DNA of 51,647 nt from Patescibacteria group bacterium (GCA_040757555.1 JBFLWN010000001.1:119128-170774); one strand, 5' to 3'; positions 1 through 9,914 are shown, counted from the stretch's first letter. Made by a program: numbers and translations. The notes: generated by a model from the sequence alone, not told the origin.

Positions 1-1423
1 GACGCGTTTGTGCTTCAAGTGCGGGAATACTTCCAAAAATAATAAATGTGAATGGCATTAAAAACCACTGTGCAAGATAGAGAAGTTTTTGATATTTCCA
101 ATTCTTGGTCTCTTTAGGAGGTAAAAATACCACACTCAAGAGCGCTGAAGTGATGATTCCGACCGATGCAAGATTAATGAGCCATCCGGTGATTCGTGGA
201 AGATTATATGAATACAGTGTGCGCTGAAAAATATCTCCCCCGATGATATTCGGAAGCCACCCAAAAAGAAAAATAATAAACGAGCTTGTAGACCAGGAAA
301 AAAATCCATCAAAAATTTGAAGTGTCCAGAAACGCTTCACTTTCTTCGGGATATCCTTTCGTCTCCAAAATTCCCCCATCACATACGGAAAGTTTTCAAC
401 CCCCCATGCCCATCTCCGCTGTTGTTTATAAAGATTTTTTAATGCCTCAAAAAAGTTATTTCCTGATACGGAATCCATGTAAATCGGGTAAAGTAAGGGA
501 ACCACGTGCCAATTTCCCTTATGGTGAAGCATACACTGGAAAAATATTCTTGAATCTTCGGACACCACATCCAAGTGCCAATATCCAATTTCCACAAGTG
601 CCTTGAAGGGCATACTATGCGAAGAAAAAGTGACGAGTTGTTCAGGACGGCTTTGTTGCATGAGTTGCCAAAACGTCGAACTGAATCCAATAAGGCGCGC
701 AAATGGGGACACCGAATAAAAATTATTCGTGTAAAGGGGAATGGGTTGAAAACTCGAATGATGCGGATCTTTTGCGCTTAAAAAACTATGGGAAAGAATC
801 GAGAAATACTCGTTTCCGGGACGCGTATCGATATCAAACACGGAAACAATAATATCTTCATAGGGAATCCCACGCGCATCGATTATTTTTTCTTTTACTA
901 ATTTTGCCGCCCATGTTTCGTTTGATCCTTTTCCTGGAATTTCATTCGGAAGATCCGCAGGGTGTGTGGTAACCAAAAATGCGCCAAATGTGTCTTTAAA
1001 TTTTTCTTCCGCTTTCTTCGCTACAAGCACCCCCTCTTCTCCCGCACGCGCTTCGGTTGCAAGCACAATGAGAAATCTATCTTTCGGATAATTTGATTTT
1101 TCAATATCAAAAAGGCTCCGTTCCACCACTTCATATGGTTCCTTATATACGGGGAGGATAATGAGATGCCATAATTTTTCCCAATCCCCCTTTTTCTCTT
1201 TTTCAAGACGTGCCAACCAATTTTCCTTCATGTTTTTTTTCATGAGAGAAAATGAAACACGAAGATGGAAAAACAAATATAGTGTCTTTAAAAACCAATA
1301 GAGGTCGTAAATCACGATAAAAAAGACCACCACTACGGGAAGTTGCCAAGAAAACAAAATAAGCACAATGAGTGCGGTCCATGCAAGTGCCCCAGGCAAG
1401 ATTTCAAAAAATCGTTGGTGCAT
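1..1423 (-). CDS. Glycosyltransferase family 2 membrane protein (CPR type), truncated by the left window edge
   Basis: Not in the ORF track because no stop falls in the window. Translated by hand from ATG at 1423: MHQRFFEILPGALAWTAL...WEKLWHLIILPVYKEPYEVV...PGKGSNETWAAK...GSIPALEAQTR. The 5' and 3' ends are in the same frame; TM segments are followed by a GT-A-like domain. Confidence 0.8.
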   Translation of the reverse strand, partial: MHQRFFEILPGALAWTALIVLILFSWQLPVVVVFFIVIYDLYWFLKTLYLFFHLRVSFSLMKKNMKENWLARLEKEKKGDWEKLWHLIILPVYKEPYEVVERSLFDIEKSNYPKDRFLIVLATEARAGEEGVLVAKKAEEKFKDTFGAFLVTTHPADLPNEIPGKGSNETWAAKLVKEKIIDARGIPYEDIIVSVFDIDTRPGNEYFSILSHSFLSAKDPHHSSFQPIPLYTNNFYSVSPFARLIGFSSTFWQLMQQSRPEQLVTFSSHSMPFKALVEIGYWHLDVVSEDSRIFFQCMLHHKGNWHVVPLLYPIYMDSVSGNNFFEALKNLYKQQRRWAWGVENFPYVMGEFWRRKDIPKKVKRFWTLQIFDGFFSWSTSSFIIFLFGWLPNIIGGDIFQRTLYSYNLPRITGWLINLASVGIITSALLSVVFLPPKETKNWKYQKLLYLAQWFLMPFTFIIFGSIPALEAQTR

Positions 1424-1455
1424 ATACGAACTCCACTATACTGGTGAAGTGTTAT

Positions 1456-1857
1456 TTAGTAAAGAAAAAGCCCAAATAACTGATCGAGCGCAAATCTCCC
1501 CCCTCCTACGGTCATAAGCACAAGTGATGAAACAAGAATAAGAAGATCAAACTCAAAACTCGAAAAGTTCTTCAATTTCTTTACTTTCACAATAATAACG
1601 ATAAATTCGAGAACAAAGAGAAATGCGACAATTTGCGTAAGAAATCCAAAAATGAGAAGAATTCCTCCAATAAACTCGATAATACCCACAAGAAGCGCCC
1701 AAAGAATCCCTGGTTTAAATCCCATTCCGACAAAACTATCTATGGTTGCTTTTAGGTTTTTTAGTTTTGGAAACCCGTGATAAATGAAAATAATGCCCAA
1801 TACAACACGAAGAAGAAATAATGCCCAATCGCTGAATACAAATAGTGGTTGAATCAT
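1456..1857 (-). CDS. DoxX family membrane protein
   Basis: LLRVVLGIIFIYHGFPKL, EFIGGILLIFG and GGGRFALD motifs; four TM helices. Confidence 0.85.
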   Translation of the reverse strand: MIQPLFVFSDWALFLLRVVLGIIFIYHGFPKLKNLKATIDSFVGMGFKPGILWALLVGIIEFIGGILLIFGFLTQIVAFLFVLEFIVIIVKVKKLKNFSSFEFDLLILVSSLVLMTVGGGRFALDQLFGLFLY

Positions 1858-1911
1858 AAATTAATAGTAAGTATTTAGTATGTTGACCTTTATACAGATA
1901 TAAGTATAGCA

Positions 1912-1938
1912 AAAATCCGGATTAATATTCCGGATTTT
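1912..1938. terminator. Intrinsic terminator-like hairpin
   Basis: AAAATCCGGA-N7-TCCGGATTTT just past the stop of 1949..2182. Confidence 0.7.
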
Positions 1939-1948
1939 GTTTTAAATA

Positions 1949-2182
1949 TCAACTTGGTTCGAGGTGAACAAAAAGTCCCATTTCCCCAAGCTTTATATTC
2001 CTCACCATGATTTGTCCTTGATTTGAACCCTTTGTCTCCACAACAACGAGTGTTACTACATTTTTAGTAGAATCAAAGGTTACACCAAGAACCTTTCCAA
2101 ATATTTTTCTTGAATCATCTTTGCATTTTATTTCAACTATTTTTGAAACAAATCCAGAGAAATCTACAAATATCTCCTTCAT
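1949..2182 (-). CDS. Small hypothetical protein, possible Sm-like/SH3-like beta barrel
   Basis: 77 aa; AAGGAG SD upstream; beta-strand pattern FVSKIVEIKCKDDSRKIFGKVLGV. The fold is inference only. Confidence 0.6.
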   Translation of the reverse strand: MKEIFVDFSGFVSKIVEIKCKDDSRKIFGKVLGVTFDSTKNVVTLVVVETKGSNQGQIMVRNIKLGEMGLFVHLEPS

Positions 2183-2200
2183 TACAATACTCCTTGTTTG

Positions 2201-2521
2201 TTAGAAAATAGTTATCCAATCAAAATTCCTCAAGTCTCCGTAGGAAACCGTGAAGTCTTTGTTTTTAAAACTCACTTCCTTTATTTCTTTTTTCTTTTTC
2301 ACCCCTTCTTTTCCATCCCTCAAAGAAAAAGTGAATAGAAGTTTACCGAAAAATATACTCGATTTTTTTGGATTTTTAGTAACAACAATCTTTTTTACCT
2401 TTCCCGAAATTTTATAATCCTTCTTTTCAAATGAAACTGTTTCTCCTATAAACTTTTCAAGACTCTCTTCTGCGACTGCAAGCGCATTAAAAACCCTTTG
2501 GGGAGACATTGTTCGAGACAT
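2201..2521 (-). CDS. Small basic hypothetical protein
   Basis: 106 aa; GAGGTG SD 4 nt before the ATG; TTGACA-N17-TAAAAA upstream (2584-2556). Confidence 0.6.
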   Translation of the reverse strand: MSRTMSPQRVFNALAVAEESLEKFIGETVSFEKKDYKISGKVKKIVVTKNPKKSSIFFGKLLFTFSLRDGKEGVKKKKEIKEVSFKNKDFTVSYGDLRNFDWITIF

Positions 2522-2634
2522 TATTCACCTCTTCTGTTTTTGATTTACTGCATTCTTTTTACAAGAACCCATGTTGTTTGTCAAAATTTCTCTATATACT
2601 TGATACTTCATACCAAATACCTAATACTTTTTCT

Positions 2635-3690
2635 ATGAAGATTCTCGCTATAGAAACATCGTGTGACGATACTGCAATTGCACTTATAGAGGCGTCCGGC
2701 ACAACGTCCGCACCAAAATTCAAAGTTCTGAAAAGTATCATATCATCGCAAATTGAAGTGCATCGCCCGTGGGGCGGTGTGGTTCCTAACCTCGCAAAAC
2801 GAGAGCACATCAAAAATCTTCCAAAGATTTTTGATAAGTTAAAAATTAAAGGTGAAAAATTAAAAATTGATGCAATCTGTGTCACTGTGGGGCCCGGACT
2901 TGAACCAGCACTTTGGGCGGGAATCACTTTTGCAGAAGAAATATATAAAAAACTGAAAACTGAAAATAAAAAAATGAAGCTTATTGGGATAAATCACCTC
3001 GAGGGACACCTCTACAGTTTTTTGCTTTCGCAAAAAACCAAAACATCAATTTCCAATTCTCAATTTTCAAATAAAACTAAAAATAATTTCCCTGCAATTG
3101 CGCTTATTGTAAGTGGTGGACACACCATTCTTCTTCATATGCAGTCACCAATAAAATGGAAAAAACTTGGGGAGACAAAAGATGATGCGGTGGGAGAATC
3201 GTTTGATAAAGTGGCAAAAATGCTTGGATTTCCTTACCCTGGCGGACCCGAAATACAACGCCTTGCGGAAAAAGGGAATGTAAACGCCATACGATTCCCC
3301 CGTCCAATGATCGGCTCAAAAGATTATAACTTCAGTTATTCGGGGCTTAAAACTTCAGTACTGTATTATCTTCGTGATAATGCAAAAACAAAAAAAGAAG
3401 ATGTGGCTGCAAGTTTTCAAGAAGCGGCACTCGATGTACTCATAAAAAAAACCGAGCGGGCAGCACGTGAATATGGAGTAAAATCAATTTTTCTTTCCGG
3501 TGGTGTTGCGGCAAATAAGGAGCTTCGAAAAAAATTAACAGTGTTAAGTTCAAAATTAAAAATTAATTTTATTGCTCCTCCAATGGACTTCAACACTGAC
3601 AATGCGGTGATGATTGCCGTTGCGGGATATATGAGTATGCTCCGCAAAAAGAACAAAAAACTTATTGCGAACGGAAACATGGGGATATAA
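2635..3690 (+). CDS. tsaD: tRNA t6A37 threonylcarbamoyltransferase TsaD
   Basis: MKILAIETSCDDT start (moved from 2509 in the track); GPGL, NHLEGH, VSGGHT, DDAVGESFDKVA, GGVAAN and TDNAVMIA motifs. Confidence 0.97.
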   Translation: MKILAIETSCDDTAIALIEASGTTSAPKFKVLKSIISSQIEVHRPWGGVVPNLAKREHIKNLPKIFDKLKIKGEKLKIDAICVTVGPGLEPALWAGITFAEEIYKKLKTENKKMKLIGINHLEGHLYSFLLSQKTKTSISNSQFSNKTKNNFPAIALIVSGGHTILLHMQSPIKWKKLGETKDDAVGESFDKVAKMLGFPYPGGPEIQRLAEKGNVNAIRFPRPMIGSKDYNFSYSGLKTSVLYYLRDNAKTKKEDVAASFQEAALDVLIKKTERAAREYGVKSIFLSGGVAANKELRKKLTVLSSKLKINFIAPPMDFNTDNAVMIAVAGYMSMLRKKNKKLIANGNMGI

Positions 3691-3723
3691 CATCAAAATG
3701 CCGTTCGACCTTGTTGTGTTATA
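3686..3723 (-). repeat. 38-bp dyad site, copy 1 (reverse orientation); overlaps the tsaD stop codon
   Basis: Minus strand reads TATAACAC-AACAAGG-TCG-AA-CGG-CATTTTG-ATGTTATA. Confidence 0.85.
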
Positions 3724-3728
3724 AAAGT

Positions 3729-3757
3729 AAAATTCTCCGCGTTCGACGGAGAATTTT
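3729..3757. terminator. Bidirectional terminator-like hairpin
   Basis: AAAATTCTCCG-N7-CGGAGAATTTT between the convergent tsaD and 3760..4014. Confidence 0.75.
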
Positions 3758-3759
3758 TT

Positions 3760-4014
3760 TTAGCCAAAAAATAAATATGCATACCACCCTGCCACGACAA
3801 CCGCAATAACAATTGTTCCGAAACTTATTCCTATCCACACCTCACCCCTCTTTTGATCTTTATATTCTCCCGTGAGAACGTAAAGATTATAAAAGAAACC
3901 AAGACAAAGTATCGAGGCGGCAAAAATAGTAAGCATCGGAAAATTAACAATGTTCGCAGCAATAAAAAGTGCGCCATAAAAGAAAAAGGCGAGTAAAAAA
4001 CCGAAAAGTTTCAT
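3760..4014 (-). CDS. Small hypothetical membrane protein (3 TM)
   Basis: Start moved to ATG 4014 (MKLFGFLL), which follows AGGAGG; hydrophobic throughout. Confidence 0.65.
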   Translation of the reverse strand: MKLFGFLLAFFFYGALFIAANIVNFPMLTIFAASILCLGFFYNLYVLTGEYKDQKRGEVWIGISFGTIVIAVVVAGWYAYLFFG

Positions 4015-4133
4015 AAAACCTCCTATAACGATAATGTAAATAATCCTATATTCAGAAAAGCACCAAAGAGAGGGGCGGTCAATATCACAAAAACCCTTCA
4101 TTTTTTCTATACAATAGGGCTATAATAATACAC

Positions 4134-6266
4134 ATGGAACTTATTACTGGGGCATACGAACCGAAGGAAACTGAATCTAAAATATACGAACAGTGGGAAC
4201 AATCCGGGTATTTTAATCCGGACAATCTTTCTGTGGAGAAAGACGCAAAAAATTATATTGTTTACATGCCACTCCCCAACGTAACGGGAACACTCCATAT
4301 GGGGCATGCACTGAATAACACTATTCAGGATATCGTTATTCGCTATCATCGAATGAATGGATATAGAACACTCTGGCTTCCCGGCACCGATCACGCGGGT
4401 ATCGCGACACAATATGTGGTCGAAAAAGAGTTGAAGAAAAAAGGAATAAGCCGTTTTGAACTTGGACGCGAAAAATTTATCGAAAAAGTATGGGAATGGA
4501 AAAACCAGTATGGGAACACCATTATTAGCCAATTAAAAAAACTCGGGGTTTCGTGTGATTGGTCTCGCATTCGATTCACTATGGATGAAGCATATGCAAA
4601 AGATATTCAAAATGCGTTTGTGCATTATCACGAAAAAGGGTTTCTCTATCGTGGAAAACGCGTGGTAAACTGGTGCCCACGATGTGGCACAAGTCTCTCT
4701 GAACTTGAGCTTGAATATAAAGATGAAAAATCAAAACTCTGGTACATAAAATATCCCCTCACGGACAAAACGGGATATGTGGTTGTCGCTACCACGCGAC
4801 CGGAAACAATGTTGGGTGATACTGCGGTTGCGGTAAATCCAAAAGATGAACGATATAAAAACTTAGTTGGAAAAACACTTCTTCTTCCGATTATGCATCG
4901 CGAAATCCCCATTATTACCGACGATGCGATTGATATGGAATTTGGTACGGGAGCAGTAAAAGTCACCCCCGCACACGATATGGTTGATTTTGAAATAGGG
5001 GAACGACACACACTTGAAGTAATACAAGTGATTGATGAACGCGGGAAAATGAATGAAAGCGCGGGAATATATAACGGGATGAAAGCGGAAGAGGCGCGGG
5101 GAAAAATTATTGAAAAATTAAAAGAAGAGGGACTTCTCGAAAAAGAGGAGGAGTATGATCATCGTGTGGCAATTTGTTATCGGTGTGGGCACGTAATTGA
5201 ACCAATCCCCTCACTTCAATGGTTTTTAAAAATGAATGATCTCGCAAAAAATGCACTCGACGCCGTCAAATCAGGAAAAGTAAAAATTATTCCTAATAAC
5301 TTCGAAAAGAAATATTTCGATTGGCTCGAAAATATTCGCGATTGGACAATTTCGCGTCAGATTTGGTGGGGGCACCGTCTGCCGGTTTGGTTTTGTACAA
5401 ATCAACAAACCACAGAAAATTATATTGTTTCAATCGAAAAACCAGACACGTGTCCGTTTTGTAAAAACTGTGATATGGAACAAGCCCCCGATGTGTTGGA
5501 TACGTGGTTTTCTTCGGCGCTCTGGCCATTTGCGGGGCTTTCCGAATCAGATCTCAAAAACTATTATCCGGGAACAACACTTATCACCGCGCGGGATATT
5601 TTGAATCTCTGGGTAGCACGCATGATTTATTCGGGAATAGAATTTAAAAAAGAACTTCCGTTCATGAATGTATTCATCAATGGCACCATACTCACCAAAG
5701 ATGGAAAGCGCATGTCAAAAAGTTTGGGTACCGGCATCGATCCATTAAAATATATTGACCAATATGGAGCGGATGCCACGCGGTTTGGAATTATGTGGCA
5801 AGCAAACGGACAAGATATTCGGTGGGACGAAACCGCAATTACCGCAGGAAAAAAATTCGCAAATAAATTGTGGAATGCATCGAGGTTTGTATTGCAACAA
5901 ACTGAACACTTAAAACAAAAACCCGGAGATATCACCCCCATTACGGAAGCGGATAAAAAAATTCTCGGGGCACTTGGAGAAATAAAGAAAAGCGTAAAGA
6001 AAGATATCGAAGAATTTGAATTTTCAAAACCACTTCACAATGCATATGATTTCTTTTGGCATGAATTTTGTGATGTATACCTCGAAACATCAAAAGAACA
6101 GATAAAAGACGAAAAACTATCCGAAAACACAAAAACGATACTTCTTCACGTCCTCCTCTCGTCGCTTAAAATATTTCACCCATTTATCCCGTTTGTGACA
6201 GAAGAAATCTATTCCTATATTCCACTTGAAAATAAAAAGAAATATCTCATGATTGAAGAGTGGTAA
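4134..6266 (+). CDS. valS: Valine--tRNA ligase (short form without the C-terminal coiled coil)
   Basis: PNVTGTLHMGHA (HIGH), GTDHAGIATQ, ATTRPET, ISRQIWWGH and RMSKS; 710 aa. Confidence 0.97.
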   Translation: MELITGAYEPKETESKIYEQWEQSGYFNPDNLSVEKDAKNYIVYMPLPNVTGTLHMGHALNNTIQDIVIRYHRMNGYRTLWLPGTDHAGIATQYVVEKELKKKGISRFELGREKFIEKVWEWKNQYGNTIISQLKKLGVSCDWSRIRFTMDEAYAKDIQNAFVHYHEKGFLYRGKRVVNWCPRCGTSLSELELEYKDEKSKLWYIKYPLTDKTGYVVVATTRPETMLGDTAVAVNPKDERYKNLVGKTLLLPIMHREIPIITDDAIDMEFGTGAVKVTPAHDMVDFEIGERHTLEVIQVIDERGKMNESAGIYNGMKAEEARGKIIEKLKEEGLLEKEEEYDHRVAICYRCGHVIEPIPSLQWFLKMNDLAKNALDAVKSGKVKIIPNNFEKKYFDWLENIRDWTISRQIWWGHRLPVWFCTNQQTTENYIVSIEKPDTCPFCKNCDMEQAPDVLDTWFSSALWPFAGLSESDLKNYYPGTTLITARDILNLWVARMIYSGIEFKKELPFMNVFINGTILTKDGKRMSKSLGTGIDPLKYIDQYGADATRFGIMWQANGQDIRWDETAITAGKKFANKLWNASRFVLQQTEHLKQKPGDITPITEADKKILGALGEIKKSVKKDIEEFEFSKPLHNAYDFFWHEFCDVYLETSKEQIKDEKLSENTKTILLHVLLSSLKIFHPFIPFVTEEIYSYIPLENKKKYLMIEEW

Positions 6267-6273
6267 TGCCTTT

Positions 6274-6993
6274 ATGCTTTTTTTAACCCTCATTCTTACC
6301 CTCCTCTGTGCATGCATCCCGAGCATTGTGTGGCTTCTCTTTTTCTTGCGTGAAGATGCGCGTCCAGAGCCCAAACGACTCATCCTTTATACATTTGGGG
6401 CGGGGGCGTTTGTAAGTCTTTTTGTACTCGTTGTCCAATATATATTTCAACAATCGGTGATTGAACTCGGGGGAAGTATTATTGTTCTCATCATGGGATT
6501 GGCACTTGTGGAAGAACTATTTAAATTTATCGCGGCATATTGGGCAATAGACAAAGATAAAGCCTTTAATGAACCGGTTGATGCTATGATTTACATGATT
6601 GTTGCCGCACTCGGATTTGCAACAGTAGAAAATTTATTTGTGCTCGGTAATTCATTCAGTGTTATTAATCTTGCGTCGTTTTCGGTCGTCACCACCACAC
6701 TCCTTCTCAGATTCATCGGTGCTACACTCCTCCACAGTATTTCGTCTGCGCTTGTTGGGTTTTATTGGGCAAAAGGAAAACTACTGCAAAAAAAGAAAAA
6801 ATTCATTTTTATTGGTATTCTCTTTGCGACACTTATTCACGGAACATTTAATTATCTCATTGAATATTTTCAGGACAGAAATCTCCTTGTGTATCCGAGT
6901 ATATTCCTTCTTATCACTCTGTTTTTTATCTTTATCGACTTCGAAAAATTGAAGGAAATTTGGAAAAACAAATATCCTCGAGAAACAATATAG
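6274..6993 (+). CDS. PrsW-family intramembrane metalloprotease
   Basis: EELFKF, GFATVEN, LLHS and HGTFN motifs; multi-pass membrane protein. Likely start is MLFLTL at 6274. Confidence 0.85.
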   Translation: MLFLTLILTLLCACIPSIVWLLFFLREDARPEPKRLILYTFGAGAFVSLFVLVVQYIFQQSVIELGGSIIVLIMGLALVEELFKFIAAYWAIDKDKAFNEPVDAMIYMIVAALGFATVENLFVLGNSFSVINLASFSVVTTTLLLRFIGATLLHSISSALVGFYWAKGKLLQKKKKFIFIGILFATLIHGTFNYLIEYFQDRNLLVYPSIFLLITLFFIFIDFEKLKEIWKNKYPRETI

Positions 6994-7012
6994 TCTGTGT
7001 TATACTGGGGGT

Positions 7013-7462
7013 ATGGAAGAAATAAATAAAGATAATATTTTTGTTGAACTTGCAAAAGTGCGAAGCCAACCCGCACCAATTGCAATAGATACTGAAGATG
7101 ATTTTTCAAATGACATTTCCGATGAGGAAGTGGAGGGACAACTTACTGTTGATGTGTATCAGGATAAAGACAATGTGGTAGTGCAATCGACTGTCGCGGG
7201 GGTGAATCCGGATGAATTGGAAGTGAATATCACCAACGAATCAATCACTATCCGCGGAAAAAGGGAAAGAACCGAAAAAATTGAAGAAAAAAATTATTTC
7301 TATCAGGAATGTTTTTGGGGAAAATTTTCCCGCTCAATTATACTTCCCGTTGAAGTAGATCCGGAAAGCTCTGTGGCAACATTAAAAAATGGGGTATTGA
7401 TGGTGGTTATGCCAAAATCAACAAAGAGGAAGGCAAAAAAACTGAAAGTAAAACTTGATTAA
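7013..7462 (+). CDS. Hsp20/alpha-crystallin small heat-shock protein
   Basis: LTVDVYQ, ITIRGKRE, ECFWGKFSRSIILP and ATLKNGVL. Confidence 0.92.
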   Translation: MEEINKDNIFVELAKVRSQPAPIAIDTEDDFSNDISDEEVEGQLTVDVYQDKDNVVVQSTVAGVNPDELEVNITNESITIRGKRERTEKIEEKNYFYQECFWGKFSRSIILPVEVDPESSVATLKNGVLMVVMPKSTKRKAKKLKVKLD

Positions 7463-7489
7463 AAAAACTCCCCATGATGGGGAGTTTTT
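7463..7489. terminator. Bidirectional terminator-like hairpin
   Basis: AAAAACTCCCC-ATGAT-GGGGAGTTTTT between convergent genes. Confidence 0.8.
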
Positions 7490-7493
7490 ATAA

Positions 7494-7856
7494 TTATCCT
7501 ACTGTTATACCAAAAAAATCATTAAATTTCATTCCCGATTTGAAATACTTCCGCTCAAGGTATTCCACCTCATCCATGTGATATTCGTGATCCGGATCAG
7601 TACCCAAAATCTCGGGTAATAGATTTTCCGCCCGCAAAACCACACTTCTTCCAAATTCACGTTTATTCTCAGGAAATTGTACCCTAAGAATAACTTCACA
7701 ACATATAAGAAATGACTGTTCCTCTCCAAATGCGGGCACATTAAGATGCCTCATCACCATATCGGCTTTTTTATAATCCGGAATAGGATGAAGCGGATAA
7801 TTTGGAAATAAGATGTGAAAAGCCTCACTGATGGGGCACACCCTTTTCTTCGGCAT
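7494..7856 (-). CDS. Hypothetical protein
   Basis: 120 aa with a TAAGGAG SD; directly downstream of murD; no recognised motif. Confidence 0.6.
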   Translation of the reverse strand: MPKKRVCPISEAFHILFPNYPLHPIPDYKKADMVMRHLNVPAFGEEQSFLICCEVILRVQFPENKREFGRSVVLRAENLLPEILGTDPDHEYHMDEVEYLERKYFKSGMKFNDFFGITVG

Positions 7857-7873
7857 TTTTCTCTCCTTAGTGG

Positions 7874-9319
7874 TTATTTAAATATCTGTTTGGAGTATAA
7901 ACTGAACTTCTCTCCCCGGTCAAACTCATTCGCAAATTTTTCAAAACTCGCGGCACCGGGAGAAAAAAGGACAATGACACTCGACATAGCTATCGCCCTC
8001 TTATGTGCGTGTACCAATAAATCCTTCAAATCCTCAAATGTGTTTTTCTTTTTATTTCTGAAATAGTGGCGCGTCTCAAGTTCCCGAACTATTTTTCGGG
8101 TCGCACTTCCATTTAACAAAAAGAGATTTTCTGGTTCAATGGTATTTTTTATTTCATCCGCAAGTTTCTTAAATTCAAGCTGCTTGTCAGTTCCCCCGGT
8201 AATATAAAGAATTTTCCCCTCGCGTGAGAAACGTTTGAGCGCTGCAATGGCCGCATCCGGTGAAGTTCCTGCCGAATCGTTCACCACAATAAAATTCTTC
8301 TTTTTTATGATGATCTCTTGGCGAAGAAAAATATCGGGAAGTGTGCTAATTCTTTTTTCGATTTCTTTCCAGGAAATTCCACTCAGAAAACTTGCAAGTG
8401 CGGCGGCAAGAAAATTATACAAATTATGCTCCCCTCGCGCCCACAATAATTTCAGTGTTTGTTCACCATATATTACTACTTCTTTTTTCTTGTCTCGAAA
8501 CACAATGGTATTTCCATGCACATACAACCCATATTTGTTTTTGGGTAATATGTGAAGAGAAAAATAATATATTTCGCTTTTTGATTTTTGATTCACAAAA
8601 AATTGCGTCCACTCATTGTCAAAATTTAAAACAAGACTTTGTCCCTCTTTCTGATTCTTAAATATATTCGCTTTCGCAAGCACATAATTTTTTATCGTAT
8701 CATGACGATTCATGTGGTCCTGATAAATATTCGTAATCACCGCAATATCTGGGGCGGTGCTCGCGTGATCCGCAATTTCAAGTTGAAACGAGGATAGTTC
8801 AAGCACTGCGGGAGTTTTTGCGTCCTTCAAAAAACGTTCAGAGAGGGCGAGAAGCGCCTCGTTTGATGAGTTTCCACTTGCACATGCTTTCGGAAACTTT
8901 GATTTCAAAAAATGAGCAATCCAATTTGTCGTGGTTGTTTTTCCCCGTGTCCCCGTCACTGCGATAACTGGATTTTTTACATCTTCAAGAAAGAGTGTGA
9001 GATCATTCACAATCGGTTTTTTTAGTTTTATCGCAATCTCCAAAAACTTATTCCCAAGAATTCTTACTGCTGGATTTACCACAATAAGATCGGTGTTTCT
9101 AAAATCCTCTTCATTGTGCCTTTTAAGAACAAATTTTACCTTTTTTGAATCATTCCCAAGCATTGCGATGGATTTTCTCAATTCCTCTCTCGATCGCAGA
9201 TCAGTGACCGTAACTTCCGCACCACGTTTTAAAAACCATTTTGTAGTGGCAATTCCTCCCCCTAGTATTCCAAGTCCCACAATCAATATTTTTTTGTTTT
9301 GAAATTGTTTTTTTACCAT
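7874..9319 (-). CDS. murD: UDP-N-acetylmuramoyl-L-alanine--D-glutamate ligase
   Basis: GLGILGGG, VTGTRGKTTT, LELSSFQL, NDSAGT and FSPGAASFEKFANEFDRGEKF. Confidence 0.93.
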   Translation of the reverse strand: MVKKQFQNKKILIVGLGILGGGIATTKWFLKRGAEVTVTDLRSREELRKSIAMLGNDSKKVKFVLKRHNEEDFRNTDLIVVNPAVRILGNKFLEIAIKLKKPIVNDLTLFLEDVKNPVIAVTGTRGKTTTTNWIAHFLKSKFPKACASGNSSNEALLALSERFLKDAKTPAVLELSSFQLEIADHASTAPDIAVITNIYQDHMNRHDTIKNYVLAKANIFKNQKEGQSLVLNFDNEWTQFFVNQKSKSEIYYFSLHILPKNKYGLYVHGNTIVFRDKKKEVVIYGEQTLKLLWARGEHNLYNFLAAALASFLSGISWKEIEKRISTLPDIFLRQEIIIKKKNFIVVNDSAGTSPDAAIAALKRFSREGKILYITGGTDKQLEFKKLADEIKNTIEPENLFLLNGSATRKIVRELETRHYFRNKKKNTFEDLKDLLVHAHKRAIAMSSVIVLFSPGAASFEKFANEFDRGEKFSLYSKQIFK

Positions 9320-9795
9320 ACCTCAATAATATGTAGTATTCGTTCTTTTGATCCAAACCGAGTAATAATTTCATCTCCTGCTTTTTTTCCAAAAAGGATT
9401 TTCCCCATAGGAGAATTTTCTCCAACTACTATAAATATATTCCCCGACTCGTCTTCAACCTGTATTCCCGATCCCCCCTCAAGAAAGAAATAATTTATTT
9501 CTTTTTCTCCATCCCGAATTTTTATACCACTTCCACTTTTGATCTCTTGTGATGATGACATTGGCATAATTTCAAACTTCTCCAATATTTCAAGCTCCCT
9601 ATTTTTTGTAGAAAACTGCTTTTCAACATCATCTTTTAGCGCGTTCATTTGAAACTTCGTGGTATCGCTATGCGACTGCATGGCACCGGGTGCCTCAATG
9701 GCCGCTTGTTTCATCGACATCATGCTTTCTTCAAGCTCGGTCACTTCTTTTTGAAGTTTTTCTACTACTTTCTCCACAAGGGCCTTTTTGTCCAT
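9313..9795 (-). CDS. GreA/GreB-like protein with a non-canonical coiled-coil tip
   Basis: Start moved to MDKKAL (9795); N-terminal helical hairpin; C-terminal NSPMGKILFGKKAGD matches the Gre C-domain. Confidence 0.65.
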   Translation of the reverse strand: MDKKALVEKVVEKLQKEVTELEESMMSMKQAAIEAPGAMQSHSDTTKFQMNALKDDVEKQFSTKNRELEILEKFEIMPMSSSQEIKSGSGIKIRDGEKEINYFFLEGGSGIQVEDESGNIFIVVGENSPMGKILFGKKAGDEIITRFGSKERILHIIEVW

Positions 9796-9834
9796 ATATA
9801 CAAAATACCAGAAAACCGGGTTATTCGATATAAG

Positions 9835-9864
9835 TTGACAAATATACAATATATGTGCTATAAT
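9835..9864 (+). promoter_or_regulatory. Consensus sigma70 promoter
   Basis: TTGACA-N18-TATAAT with an extended -10 TG, upstream of 9915. Confidence 0.8.
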
Positions 9865-9914
9865 TTAAGAAGCATAATTGAAATTTCAAATAACTAATGT
9901 AATCGGAGTCAGAA

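Noticed and set aside
1021-1206. Frameshift in the GT2 gene suggested by the short track ORF
   Set aside because: Manual translation reads through (WLARLEKEKKGDWEKLWH). The 61-aa ORF is an alternative-frame shadow.
5072-5085. TAACGGGATGAAAG in valS, matching the element A/glyA junction
   Set aside because: No partner inverted repeat, it encodes ordinary in-frame residues (NGMK), and it lacks the TC of the core.
4134-6266. valS pseudogene (short C-terminus)
   Set aside because: All catalytic and anticodon-binding regions are present, and it ends cleanly before the next gene. It is treated as a natural short form.
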